Assembly (NCBI GenBank): GCA_964016885.1
Contig: OZ024765.1
Location: 9,796,001-9,860,000, forward strand
Direction: 5' to 3'
Length of the DNA stretch: 64,000 nucleotides
Origin: Eledone cirrhosa
Lineage: Eukaryota
Below the pieces are notes generated by a model. It was not told where the DNA came from, did not search any database, and was given only the letters and a program-made list of their open reading frames with translations. Within the stretch, counting starts at the first letter, position 1. Every line of letters begins with the position of its first letter. Shown piece by piece: positions 1 through 12,171 of the stretch. The position numbers and the translations under genes are program-made.

Positions 1-1
1 G

Positions 2-107
2 ATCAGTCATCAGACAGAGATGTTAACATCAGATAAACCCCTCTGCCTGATGACTGATGCAGACATATATTAATATTGTCTGGGATCCAGAAACCTTTAG
101 TAATGGA
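2..107 (+). ncRNA. Degenerate hammerhead-ribozyme-like motif within an inverted repeat (Penelope-like LTR remnant?)
   Basis: atcagtcatcagacagag (2-19) is inverted to ctctgcctgatgactgat (41-58). On +: CTGATGA-[cagaca..tgtctg hairpin]-GAAA-C-cttta-G-TA with stem I ctctgc/atggag. The stem II closing pair is non-canonical. Confidence 0.4.
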
Positions 108-201
108 GTTGTTATACTTTATGTTGTTTACTTTCTAACTAAATAGCTCTGTTTTATACATAGAGCATTCTTTTTTCCTTTGCTTTTTCTTCGGAATTAC
201 C

Positions 202-250
<49 letters not shown>

Positions 251-828
251 GCAAACACACACATAAACATATATAGGACAAGTATAGGAAGTATTAAGCC
301 TCCAGGAGTCATTAAGCTCCACCATATTACAAATTTTGGCAGAAACTGTAACAATTTATTGGTCTCCATATAACTTCCTCTTTAAGAAAAACACATTCTC
401 GTTCATTCTTGGCATTATATCTATGAGCAGAAAAACCACCCTTTAGTGGTTTTTTCTGCTAGCATGTGTAGTGTGTATATTGATATTATACGCAGGTATA
501 TATACATGTAGATATGATACATCAAATAAAATCGTAATTGACAATATACACAGAAATTGAAGGAAGACTGTGTTACACTGTCTTATGTAATCAGTAACGT
601 AATCCATGATACATTAAAAAAAGATGATATTATATATAAACTGCATTAGGAGAAAATTAGTGACGGAAATATATGAATGTTTATTTAAGCGATCGCTAAC
701 CGGAAGTGTTGACATTTGAAAATTTTAAAGAAGTGAATCTTAAAATAAATAATAAAATATATTTAATGAACAGCCACAAAATTTAGTTGATAAATTATGT
801 AATATTCATTCATTATTTATTCAAAGTA

Positions 829-1220
829 TATGGCGGTGGATTGGCAGTATCGGTAGAGGGTCGGACGCCATGCTTTCCAGAATAGTTACGTCCCTCTCCG
901 ATCTGAGTTCAAATCCTGCCGAGGTTGACTTTGCCTTTCATCCTTACGGGGTCGATAAAATAAAGTACCAGAAATGCACTGGGTAATTGCTGGCCTTGTG
1001 CCTAAAGTAGAAACAATTATTTATTCAAAGTAAATAAAACAAAGTCGATAAAATAAAGTACCAGTAATGCACTGGGGTAATTGCTGGCCTTGTGCCTAAA
1101 GTAGAAACAATTATTTATTCAAAGTAAATAAAACAAAGTCGATAAAATAAAGTACCAGTAATGCACTGGGGTAATTGCTGGCCTTGTGCCAAAAGTAGAA
1201 ACAATTATTTATTCAAAGTA
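829..1220 (+). mobile_element. tRNA-derived SINE with 17-bp TSD; 3' end plus TSD re-duplicated twice
   Basis: A-box-like ttggcagtatcgg, B-box gagttcaaatcc, body gcctttcatccttacggggtcgataaaataaagtaccag. attatttattcaaagta lies at 812-828 and again at ~1016, ~1110 and ~1204. Confidence 0.85.
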
Positions 1221-1468
1221 ATCCAACTTATTTTACAAAGGGGGTAAACAAATATATACCGTACGCAGTCCCGCAGACCTTCCTTTATTATAGTTTAGAT
1301 ACTTGGCTGATGTGCCAAGTATAAATATAATGCATTTGTGGTGTGCTGGAGCTTAATGAGCTCCTGTGGCTTAAAACCCCTGTTTGCCCTACACTAGACC
1401 TTTGATGGGTATAATGTTTCTTTTATCAATTTTACTCTTTTTATTAATTTTGATTCGACATTTTAAAA

Positions 1469-1470
<2 letters not shown>

Positions 1471-1522
<52 letters not shown>

Positions 1523-1649
1523 GTGTATGTCTGTCTGAATGTATATGTATATATAGCTATATATATATAGATATGTATGTGTGTGTATATATATATATAT
1601 GTATATAGGTATGTGTGTGTATATATATATATATATATGTATATAGGTA

Positions 1650-1697
<48 letters not shown>

Positions 1698-1837
1698 GGT
1701 ATGTATATATATATTTGTATGTGTATAGGTATGTATATATATATTTGTATGTGTATAGGTATGTATATATATATTTGTATGTGTATAGGTATGTATATAT
1801 ATATTTGTATGTGTATAGGTATGTATATATATATTTG

Positions 1838-1877
<40 letters not shown>

Positions 1878-1945
1878 TATGTACATATATATATTTGTAT
1901 GTGTATATATATATATATATTTGTATGTGTATATATATATATTTG

Positions 1946-1987
<42 letters not shown>

Positions 1988-2100
1988 TATGTACATATAT
2001 ATATAGGTATGTACATATATATATTTGTATGTGTATATATATATATATTTGTATGTGTGTATGTATATATATATATAAATATATGTGTGTATATGTATAA
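1471..2100. repeat. (CA)n / (TA)n / (TATG)n compound microsatellite
   Basis: Directly visible; source of the spurious YI-repeat ORFs. Confidence 0.97.
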
Positions 2101-2355
2101 TGATCTACATCGACCTATATCCTCTTTACATGTCTTCTTCCTCCCCCGAAATATGCCCCCTCCTTCTTTATCCCCCCCTCCTCACTCTCTTTCCTTCCCA
2201 CCTTCATTTTTCAACATTTATGCTGATTAAACTTTGCTACAAATATTATCCATATTATTATTATTATTATTATTATCATTGTTATTAAATAATTAATTTT
2301 TCCTAAGCAACCATTATTATTATTATTATTATTATTATTGTTATTTTTATTATTA

Positions 2356-3010
2356 TGGGTGGCAGATTGGCAGTATCGGTAGAATGTCAGACATCATACT
2401 TTGCAGCATAGAGCTATCGCCCTTTAGGTTCTGAGTTGAAATCCCGCCGATGTTAACTTTGCTTTTCATCCTTACGGGGGTCGATAAAATAAAGTACCAG
2501 TTATGCAGTGGGGTCGATTTAATTGACTTTCCTCTCCCCCAAAATTGCTGGCCTTGTCCCTAAAGTAGAAACAATAGATGCAGCTCTAACTCTATGCTGG
2601 AGCCATGCTTTCCAGCAAAGAGTTACGTCCCTTTACAGTCTGAGTTCAAATCCTGCCGAGGTTAAGTTTGCCTTTCATCCTTACGGAGTCGATAAAATAA
2701 AGTACCAGTAATGTACTGGGTGAATTGGCAGTATCGGTAGAGGGTCGGACACCATGCTTTGAAGCATAGAGTTACGTCCCTTTATGATCTGGCCTTGTGC
2801 CAAAAGTAGAAACATTAATATGGATTGGCAGTATCAGTAGAGAGTCGGACGCCATGCTTTGAGGCATAGAGTTACGTCCCTTTATGATCTGAGTTCAAAT
2901 CCCGCCGAGGTTGACTTTGCCTTTCATCCTTACGGGGGTCGATAAAATAAAGTACCAGTAATGTACTGGGTAATTGCTGGCCTTGTGCCTAAAATAGAAA
3001 CAATTATTAT
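2356..3010 (+). mobile_element. Cluster of about 4 full/partial copies of the same SINE family
   Basis: Repeated ttggcagtatcggtaga...gagttcaaatcc...cctttcatccttacggggtcgataaaataaagtaccag units, inserted in an (ATT)n tract. Confidence 0.85.
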
Positions 3011-3253
3011 TATGGGCAGTAGATAACCAGATTACTGCACTGGTTTTTTATGTATGGATAGACATGTAATTCTTGAGGGAGTCATAGTGGAGCTGTAGTG
3101 ACATACAGCTTTTCTTGTGCATTTAAAACCTGGCAGTGACCATCCATTCTTCAGATCTGATCACACAGAGAGAAGGAGAGTGAGAGAAAGAGATATAGAG
3201 GGAGAATTGACCTGTCCTGGACTGGTATTTAAAAAACATTTTTTTATCAACCA

Positions 3254-3430
3254 TTAACCCTTTAGCATTTAAACTAGCCGAATCCGACTAGAATTCTCTC
3301 ACCTCTTTCTGTTCAAACCAACCATAACCGGCTGCTCACACCGATGTTAAGATATTGTTCTGAAAATAAATATCAAAATCTCATAGATTTGATATGTGAA
3401 ATAATTGTGAGGTAAAACCTTTACCACAAA
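3254..3430 (+). mobile_element. piggyBac-like MITE fragment
   Basis: Begins TTAA-CCCTTTAGCATTTAAA. Related ends occur at ~62850 and ~63758, and an inverted copy of the body at 63650-63940. Confidence 0.5.
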
Positions 3431-3448
3431 AATACAATAATATATTAC

Positions 3449-3773
3449 ATTCATTTCATTTTACGTCCACTTTTCCCTGCTTGCAAGGGTGGGATGGGAA
3501 CTGATTCTGGCTTGATTTCTACAGCGGGATGCCCTTCCTAACACCAACCTCATTTACAGTGAGTGCTGGGTGCTTTTTTGCCGTGGCACCTCCACGACCA
3601 CTTTGCAGTGGAATGATAGGGACCCCAGTCCCTATCATCTCATTTCTACAGCTGAGTAAACTGAAGCAATGTGAAATAAAATGTCTTGCTCAAGGAAACA
3701 ACACATCACCCGGTCTGAGAATTGAACTCACAACCTTTCGATTGCAAGGCCAATGCTCTAACCACTAAGCCAT
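3449..3773 (-). mobile_element. tRNA-headed SINE with RTE-derived 3' tail
   Basis: Minus strand starts catggcttagtggttagagc...gagttcaattc (A/B boxes) and ends gcaagcagggaaaagtggacgtaaaatgaaatga. Near-identical copy at 56281-56608. Confidence 0.85.
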
Positions 3774-4191
3774 GTATATAATAAGGGTTGACGGACCCAG
3801 CATATTTATCAATGCCAGTACTGGTTGTATCTCAGTGTACTCAATAGGCAATGTAAGATACATTACCAGAGTTTACACATAGTTATTTGCCTCAACACAA
3901 CACATGTAAATCGGGTGCCTATAAGGTTCCTGGACTCGAGTTCCTGCCGCACTAATGCAGCAGTAAGGCGCACTGCACCATCTGTCTGCATATATCATGC
4001 AACAATGCACAATCGGATTCATCAGCGGGTATCGCCTAATCAATAACCAATCGATCGACAGAATCCAAATATATATATATATAGGGTAATGTAAATCAAA
4101 GGCAAAGTTCACCTCAGCAACAAAAATGAATACTGCAAAGTATTCTATCTAATATTCTAATATCTCTGCCAATTCACAGCCATGTATTAGT

Positions 4192-4391
4192 TACGAGGGT
4201 CAACTGAAAGTTCACACGCTGACCAAGATACTCTCATGGATTGACAAAATGAGGTTTATTTTTCAACACAGTCCCTGGAAAGAAAGAATGCAATTATTAA
4301 GAAGAATTGAAATTAATGCATGCAAGATTTCACTGCTCTAGCATCACTCCTTCAAAGGCAGTCCATGAAATTTTCAGCTGACACTCGTGTA
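4192..4391. mobile_element. mariner-type MITE (~200 bp)
   Basis: Imperfect TIRs tacgagggtcaactgaaagttc ... gaaattttcagctgacactcgtgta, with a TA on the left; no coding capacity. Confidence 0.6.
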
Positions 4392-4427
4392 TACATATCA
4401 TCATTTCATTTTACGTCGGCTTTTTAC

Positions 4428-4620
4428 AATGGAAGAGTTTAAACACTTGCACACTTCTAACACAACTGAAAAGAAACTGTATTATTGTGAAATCTTCAAT
4501 GGAAATATTTCCTCTTGTACAAGAAAAACCATTCCACTGTGAAATATGTGGGAAATCTTTTGTATATAATGATATATTTAGGGCCAGTCATATTGCCAAT
4601 AGAAAGAAACACTTGCACCA
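4428..4620 (+). pseudogene. C2H2 zinc-finger gene remnant
   Basis: EKKLYYCEI then EKPFHCEICGKSF (linker plus CxxC...F). The His ligands are degraded and frames broken. Confidence 0.6.
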
Positions 4621-4770
4621 TATAATTTTCACTTTATCTTTATTGTGTGTTAAAAGGAATGTGTTTCAAATGTAACTTAACAAAGGTCCTTTTATAAAAT
4701 TATAATGGAACGTTTTAATATAAGTAAAAACATTTAAATGCAGTGCAGTTTGAGTCAGTTTGGTATAAAA

Positions 4771-4800
4771 TGTGTGTATATACATATATATTGGTATATA

Positions 4801-4832
<32 letters not shown>

Positions 4833-4847
4833 CATATATATATATAC

Positions 4848-4914
<67 letters not shown>

Positions 4915-4973
4915 TACATACATATATATATATACATATATACATACATATATATATATACATATATACATAC

Positions 4974-5004
<31 letters not shown>

Positions 5005-5195
5005 CATATATACATACATATATATATATACATATATATATATACATATATATACATACATATATATATATATATATATACATATATATATACACATATA
5101 TATACATACATATATATATATATACATATATACATACATATATATATACATATATATACACATATATATACATACATATATATATATATACATAT

Positions 5196-5236
<41 letters not shown>

Positions 5237-5438
5237 TATATATATACACATATATATATACACATATATATATACACATATATATACATATATATACATA
5301 CATATATGTATATACATATATACATATATATATACACATATATATACATACATATATATATATATACACATATATATACATACATATATGTATATACATA
5401 TATATATATATATACACATATATATACATACATATATG

Positions 5439-5506
<68 letters not shown>

Positions 5507-5537
5507 CATACATATATGTATATATATATATATATAT

Positions 5538-5588
<51 letters not shown>

Positions 5589-5594
5589 CATATA
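4771..5594. repeat. Long (TA)n/(TACA)n microsatellite
   Basis: Directly visible, ~820 bp. Confidence 0.97.
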
Positions 5595-6010
5595 TGAGTG
5601 TAAAACCTGGACAAATTTTACAGAAGCAGAGAGAAGGATCCAGATATTTGGGGACAAATGTACGAGAAAAGTCCTTGGTATTTCCTATTGGGAATATAAA
5701 CCCAATGAATATGTGCGGAGAAAGTTTGAAAGTGTTGTGGGTCACCAAGAACCTCTTCTCACCACTATCAAGTGGTGAAAACTGGCTTGATTTGGCCATG
5801 TCAGACAACCTGACAGTCTGTACAAGACCATCACACAAGGCACTATTGAAGGTGGATGCTGGAGGGGACCTCAACGCAAAAACTAATTGGACAATGTCAA
5901 AGAATGGACACACATCACTACACTAGATTTGTTGATAGACTATTTTGAATGTGTGCTGCTTCAGCATTCGGATCCCCCGTTAGTGACTACAGAAGTGAAG
6001 GGATTAACAA
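5594..6010 (+). mobile_element. RTE-clade LINE 3' fragment (decayed ORF2 C-terminus)
   Basis: YECKTW...[30 protein letters not shown]...LLTTIK..FGHVR...LDNVKEWT; in-frame stops and frameshifts. Confidence 0.85.
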
Positions 6011-6269
6011 ACGAATCAGTCCTATGCGAGCAAGACAATCACTCTTGCCTCAAGTGGGACTACCCCCGTCCAAACCCATGCAAGCGTGGAACACGGACGT
6101 TAAACGTTGATGATGATGATGATTTGTAAAAAGGAAAAGAATGACTTCACTTGTAGTTGGTATTCTAAATAATTTTATAATTTTGCTATATATATATATA
6201 TATATATATATATGTTCAGAAACTGGAAAGGAGATGGGCTCTGCCAGCTTTTAGAAAACACCCTATATA

Positions 6270-7560
6270 CACTCGTGTTAAAAAAAAATGAGCCAAGGTA
6301 ATATTATAAGAAAATTAGATATGACGTGTTTTTGGATGTAATAAGTGAATATTAATGGATAGTTTTTATTTTTCAGATTAATAACATTACATCATATAAT
6401 AGTTTCTAATTTAAAATGCCTACCCGGAGAAAAGGAAAACATCTTGATGAGAAAACAAAAAACAGAATTGCAGGATTAAGGCAGGCAAACTTGACTTACA
6501 AGGACATTTTTGATCTTCTAAAGAAAGAAAATCTTGAAACATCTCTGTCAACTGTGAAACGAATTGGTCTAAGATACGAAACAAAAGGTTCTGTATAAAG
6601 GAAATCGGGGTCTGGTCGCCCTAGAGCTTCCACATTCAAGGATGACCACAGGCTGAAAATGACTGTTTTGAAAGATTTGAAGAAAACCTTTGCTGATCAT
6701 TCTAAACAATTTAAAACAGCAAATGGGAACTCACTTTCTAGAATTACAATATCTAGAAGAATGAAAGAAATGGGATTCACTTCAAAAAGATGTGCAAACA
6801 AACCCTTGCTAACCAAGGAGAACATCAATGATAGAAAGACTTTTGCTTCCTATTATGACAAGAAAGATGTAAGGTGGTTTAGTAACGTTATCTGGTCTGA
6901 TGAATCCCGATTTTGCCTTTCTACTGATGCCCCCGAATGCTGCATTAGAGGATCAGATGACAGATTTCTGCCAAGTTGTATCAAAAGCATGGGAACGGAG
7001 GAATAATGGTGTGGGGGAGCCTTTACTGCTGCAGGTGTTGGCAAACTGATATGGTGTGATAAGTCAATTAATGCAAAAGAGTACATTAAAATACTAGAAA
7101 AAGGGCTTCTGTCAAGTATTCAGCAGCTGGGAATATCACAAAACATATTTCAACAGGACAATGCTCCTGCACACACGGCTAAGATAACTAAACAATTGAT
7201 GTTATGTTTTGGCCTGGCTAAAACCCTGATTTAAATCCAATTGAGAATATTTGGGCTATTATTTCTCGTTCATTATCAGGGAAAACTTTTCCGAATCAAG
7301 AAAAGCCATGGGAAGCAGTTCAGAATGGGTGGAATAACATCTCCTCACCACAGTGTTTGAAGTTGGTTGAGAGCATGCCTAAAAGAATTTCTTGTTTGAA
7401 AAAATTCAAAGGAAATTCTATTCCATACTAATGATGTGATGAAGTAAATGTCTTGTTCTAGTTATATTGTATCAGTTGATATGTTCCCAGTTCACTTATA
7501 ACGCATATAATGTACCATTTCGTTCAATAAATGATGAAAGGTAGCTTGGCCCATTTTTAA
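6270..7560 (+). mobile_element. Tc1-family DNA transposon, decayed
   Basis: TA followed by cactcgtgttaaaaaaaaatgagccaag; partial right TIR cttggcccatttttaa at ~7545-7560; transposase inside. Confidence 0.9.
6416..7431 (+). pseudogene. Tc1-like (DD34E-type) transposase pseudogene
   Basis: HTH region, RKSGSGRPR linker, VIWSDES, FQQDNAPAH, PDLNPIENIW, ESMPKR. Premature TAA at 6596 and frameshifts near 6990 and 7200. Confidence 0.9.
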
Positions 7561-8535
7561 ATACTCCACACATGGAAGTTCTGCATGCATGTCTTTAAAA
7601 ACACTTTATTGCACGTTGCTCCAGTGCACTCAGCTGAGGTCATCTTGCGATAGACTGGCGTCCTTAGAACAGACTTTATATATACTAAATTTAAGTTTAA
7701 CCTCTTCACATATTGAATGAAATCATGGTTTTAGATACTTATTACCAAAATCGAAAATTGGTGATTGATACTAATTACGAAGATCGATGGTTTGCATCTT
7801 TTTTTTTGTGTCTGTTACACAAACGTTACTATCTTGAAGTATACTTATATATTGATTGTTCTGTATTAAATACTAGTAGTTTCTTAATTGATATATAGAA
7901 ATGGAATGAAAGTGAGGTAACACGAGGGTTAATAAAAAAAAAAAAAAATTTCCTTTCGGGGATGAAGTATAATATTGATAATCATTTGGTAGAGATCTTA
8001 ACTCTCCCCATACGAAATATATGTCGAAAGAGATATTTGCCCACGTCCTCAGTTATCTCGTCTTTATTCCTTTTCTATATATATTTTTTTAAATAAATAC
8101 AATTTTACCTATAAGTATGATTAATTCACTCAGGCGAATTGTACTCCGCTGCGTTAATTTTGTACGGCATGACCATTCTATGTGTCTGAAGATCGAATCG
8201 TTGTGAGGGCAGCCGGGACTATTTGCAGGCTGGCTTTATGCTCACCTGTCCTGTCATACAGAGGAAATTTTCATTTAAAAATTTGACTAGAGTTATCTTC
8301 CTTTATTTAGAATGACTTCCCCTTTAGTGGAACTCTTTTGTTTTCTTGTCCTTCTTCATTACTGAATTCAATCGGTAACATCGTTCTGGATATTGTGTTG
8401 GTGGAAAGGGGTGTGTAATGTTTTATTTGCCGTGTATATTTTAATTCATTGCTAAACACTCGCAGATATTCTCGAGACACGAAAATACGCTCTATAATGG
8501 AAGAAACCTCTCCTTTAAAGAGATGCACACACATT

Positions 8536-9115
8536 TCATCATCATTTTACGTCCGCTTTTCACTGCTTGCGAGGATGGAATGGGTCCTATTCAGCACAGC
8601 ATCTCTCTACTTGTCACCTCCTCCTAACCCTTCTTTGTCAACAGAGGAAGCATCTCCCTAAACTTCTTCCAACCCGTCCTTATTCTAGATACTATGGCCT
8701 CCGAACACTGCCCACCCATGCTAAGCTTGTCACCTAGGTACCGGAGGCTATCAACCACTTCTACAGAACCCACCTGCATTTGAAAAATATATCTATCACT
8801 GCGACTTCTACTATCAAATTTCCCTGTACATCTACTGCATACGTAGTTTTCCCTTCCTGTTAGTTTGCCTGCTATCCCACTACATCTCTTGTGTAACCAA
8901 GATCTGCATTGTGTGCATTTTATAGAATTTATGCCATCTCCTTTTCTGCATATCGAATATGGCCATTTCCCTGATGGAATCAGAGTTTTGTTCTCTTTTC
9001 TACTCATCAACACTTTTGTCTTAGCTAGGTTCACTCTCAGTCCTCTTGCTTCCAACTGCTGTTTCCATAGCCAGAATTTCTTCTCTAGCAAGTATACGTC
9101 CTGATGGTTAGTCAA
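8536..9115 (-). mobile_element. RTE/RTE-X LINE fragment with PHD-like Cys/His finger, joined to its 3' tail
   Basis: GLRVNLAKTKVL...ICRKGDGINSIKCTQCRSWLHKRCSG...YLGDKL...RIRTGWKKFRE. Tail gcaagcagtgaaaagcggacgtaaaatgatgatg. Confidence 0.85.
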
Positions 9116-9165
9116 TCGTTATTATGATGGTATGTGGTATGTGTGAAATCCTTGGTACAGTTAGG

Positions 9166-9263
9166 TATATTTGAAAAAAGGAAAAGAATGACTTCATTTG
9201 TAGTTCTAAATCAAATCGTTTAGAACTACAAGTCAAGTCATTCTTTTCCTTTTTTCAAATATA
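9166..9263. repeat. ~45-bp-arm hairpin
   Basis: tatatttgaaaaaaggaaaagaatgacttcatttgtagttctaaa / tttagaactacaagtcaagtcattcttttccttttttcaaatata. A lone arm also occurs at ~6122-6158. Confidence 0.9.
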
Positions 9264-10530
9264 AGTGTGTATATATATGAAAATATAATGGGAAGAGGTG
9301 AGTAGTATAACTTTTATAAGAAATAAAGATCTAGAGATGAGTGAAAACTTTCATCAACGAAATCGTAATGTACACCAACGAAAATATATGTCTACAGAAT
9401 ACAGATTAGAAAAATAAAGTAAGAGCAAATAAATGAGAAGTCACTTAACTTTACATATTTTAGTTTTATTTATATCGTGAAAAATGTTGATCTTCAGATA
9501 TTAAATTGTGGACGTGATTGTCTTTGTCTTTACGTGTTTGTTGGAAATCCTTTTTTAATGTTTACCTTTCTTTAAACATAGTCTTTTTTTAAAAATTAAT
9601 TTTAGATTATTCGTACCTCATCTCTGTGGTCTCTTTTGATGGGAGTCTACCTGTCCTGTTTATTGGTTTTATTTTAAAAGTGATCCATTGGAACATCAGA
9701 TATTAAATGAAATGTTACGTAAAAGACACACCTTATGTTTATTCCAGGTATTTAGAGAGATTTCTACTGACAACAAAATAATACAATAAGGAAATGCCAT
9801 CATCCAGTAAAACTTGGTAATAATCCAGTCTCGTCACTGTCACCATTTACAGTAAACAATGTTAAGAACAAACAAAAACAAGAGAACTATTCATCAGTTA
9901 ATGAAGTGAATACTTAAAATAAAAACATTACTGAATAAAATAAATGTTTAATTTTCATTAAATTGTTTCTTTACTTTCTTTTATAAAACACATTTATTAA
10001 TAGAAATTAAGCACAGCAATGTAGGTTCAAATCCTACTTGCATGTATATATAGGAATCACGTTTACCAATTTACGGGTACGACGTACTAAGCTGGAATGA
10101 CGTATGACATCATTGCAGACGGAGTCGTTGTAGGTTCAAATCAAGCCTAGAGCAATGAGAAATAAAGTGTAGATTTACTTTATGAATTCCCTTCGGGGGA
10201 TGAATTCAAGGACGTCCCGACAAAGCCATGAACGCCATTACATCGAGTTTTCAACCGAACAAAATGTAGTTTTATAAATATTAATTTTCAGAACGAATTC
10301 GTACAGTCCCTATAAGTTGCACACACGCAAAATTTTTGCATCAATTTTTGCGTTTAAGTCAGGCAAGAGTTATGTTTCTTGGCAAACATTTCAAGTTTGT
10401 TAACAAAAAAAATCCTTTTATTTAAAAAAGTTCGCCTGAAATTTGACCAAAGATTTTTCAATTGTTTCGCTTCCGGTTTCTGTATTTTTTCATTAAAAAA
10501 ACAACAATAAATATGCTACGAATTAGAACA

Positions 10531-10941
10531 GTCCTTCTGGCCTAGTGGAATGTATTAGAAACGGTGAAATCCTGGTCTAGGGTTCAATATCTGCCGGTTC
10601 TACACTATGGGTATTATTAATTTTTAGTTTACCTCTTCTAAAATAAAAAAAACCCATTAAAAAGTAAGTTTATAAATATTAATTTTCACTGTGATTTCGT
10701 AACCGTCTCAATGGCCTACTGGTAAATATTAGAGACAGTGGTGATACTGGTTACGGGTTCAATCTGTGTCGGGTTCTACAGAAATTTTGTTTTTATAAAA
10801 AATTGAAAAAGTAGGTTTATAAATATTAATTTTCAGTAAGTTTTTCTGACCGTCTTCGTGGACTAGTGGTAAGTATTAGAGGTGGTGGAGATCCTGGTCT
10901 GGGGTTCGATCTTAGTCAGATTCCTGCAATCGCTATTTTTA
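10531..10941 (+). ncRNA. Three tandem tRNA-like Pol III-type modules
   Basis: Starts at ~10531, 10705 and 10852. Each has an A box (TGGCCTAGTGG-like), a B box (GGTTCRAT) and a downstream T-run. Two are preceded by aaagtargtttataaatattaattttca. Confidence 0.55.
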
Positions 10942-11613
10942 TTTCATTTTATGAAATATTTAAAAAAATTAAACTTTTCGAAAGATTACTGACTTAGATT
11001 ATTATATATGTGTGTGTGTGTTAGATTTGATCCTGCAATGGCCACAGAGACAGATACAAAAATGCTATCAAAATTAATACTTATAAACCTACTTTCTATT
11101 TTATAGAAAAATTGATGTAGTGGCGTTTATCGCATTAGCAATGACATTAATACTTCAAAATGGTTCACTTTCATTTTTATTCTTCTCGAGCTTCCATAAA
11201 ATATTTATCATTTCTCTCTATATAAATATGTGTGTGTGTGTGTTAGATTTGATCATGCAATGTTGCGCTCAGCAATAATGGTTTTCAATTCTATCTTCCC
11301 GCTATCCTTGGTGTATATATAAATGTATATATGTGATTTCTACGTACAACGACAGACATCATTTTTATTTGATAATAATTAGATAAAACTAATTCTACAA
11401 CCCCCGATAAACATTGAAACCACGACTATAAAATATAACAACAACCACGACATAACAGTTTTGGTTAACTATAATTTAATTAAATTATTGCTAGAGATTG
11501 ATCCCTAATATTTTATCTCACTCCTTAACCAGGGAGAAAATGTCCTCGGACTCGGACAATATTGATAAGGAGAGAGGGTATCCATACTTGGCAAGTCTTT
11601 CCAGTTAACATGG

Positions 11614-11646
11614 TATATAAAAGGCAGTAAGAGGTGACCATCACTA
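11614..11646 (+). promoter_or_regulatory. TATA box + initiator-like core promoter (8 copies: 11614, 16531, 21029, 25531, 30019, 34513, 39001, 42172)
   Basis: GGTATATAAAAGGCAG with TCACT ~29 nt downstream in this A-type copy. Activity not shown. Confidence 0.45.
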
Positions 11647-12097
11647 AACATGTGATGCTCACTCTTGTCGAGTACTTGTCACTCCTACGAACAACATTGT
11701 CAGTTAGCCTTCGAGAGCGAGGGAAGAAGGTCGTCGGTTTTTTCTCCTACCACATAACACATACATTTGTCATTGTTTAGATATCAATATACAAGAGAAA
11801 GAAAAAATTGAGAGCTTCAGTCTTTTAAAAGTAACTTTTATTACATTAGAGGAAAATCTTGAATTAACGATAGTTTGTGACACTAAACATGGAAACAATA
11901 CGAACAGTTTTGAGACAAGCTAATTACTATGAGAAGGACAAATGTATGTATCTTCAACGCCAAGACAGCTGTAAAGAAAACTGAAATAAGAAAGTGCTTG
12001 AAATAGAATAATTATTGAGACCCCTTATAATATTTTTCGGGATATGTCTTACCTTATTTTGAAGAAAAAAATGTTTCGGGAAAGAGTTAATAAGCAG

Positions 12098-12171
<74 letters not shown>

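Larger units (their letters stand above)
6213..8510. repeat. Left arm of a long inverted duplication (partner 44085-45870), interrupted by Tc1
   Basis: 6213-6270 and 7570-8500 are reverse complements (roughly 80% by eye) of 45870-45815 and 45787-44090. The ORF track shows matching RIFVSxEYLRVFSNE peptides on opposite strands. Confidence 0.85.
9381..12097 (+). repeat. Older diverged paralog ('A block') of the array modules, left flank
   Basis: Contains the same modules as the array unit (CR1-tail module, tRNA-like modules, TATA cassette). Closely matches 40160-42570. Confidence 0.85.

Noticed and set aside
1384-5926. Long YI/HT/VC-rich ORFs (also 44800-45770, 46660-47054, 55744-56054, 57198-58067, 62185-62565)
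   Set aside because: Translations of (TA)n/(CA)n microsatellites that lack stops by composition.
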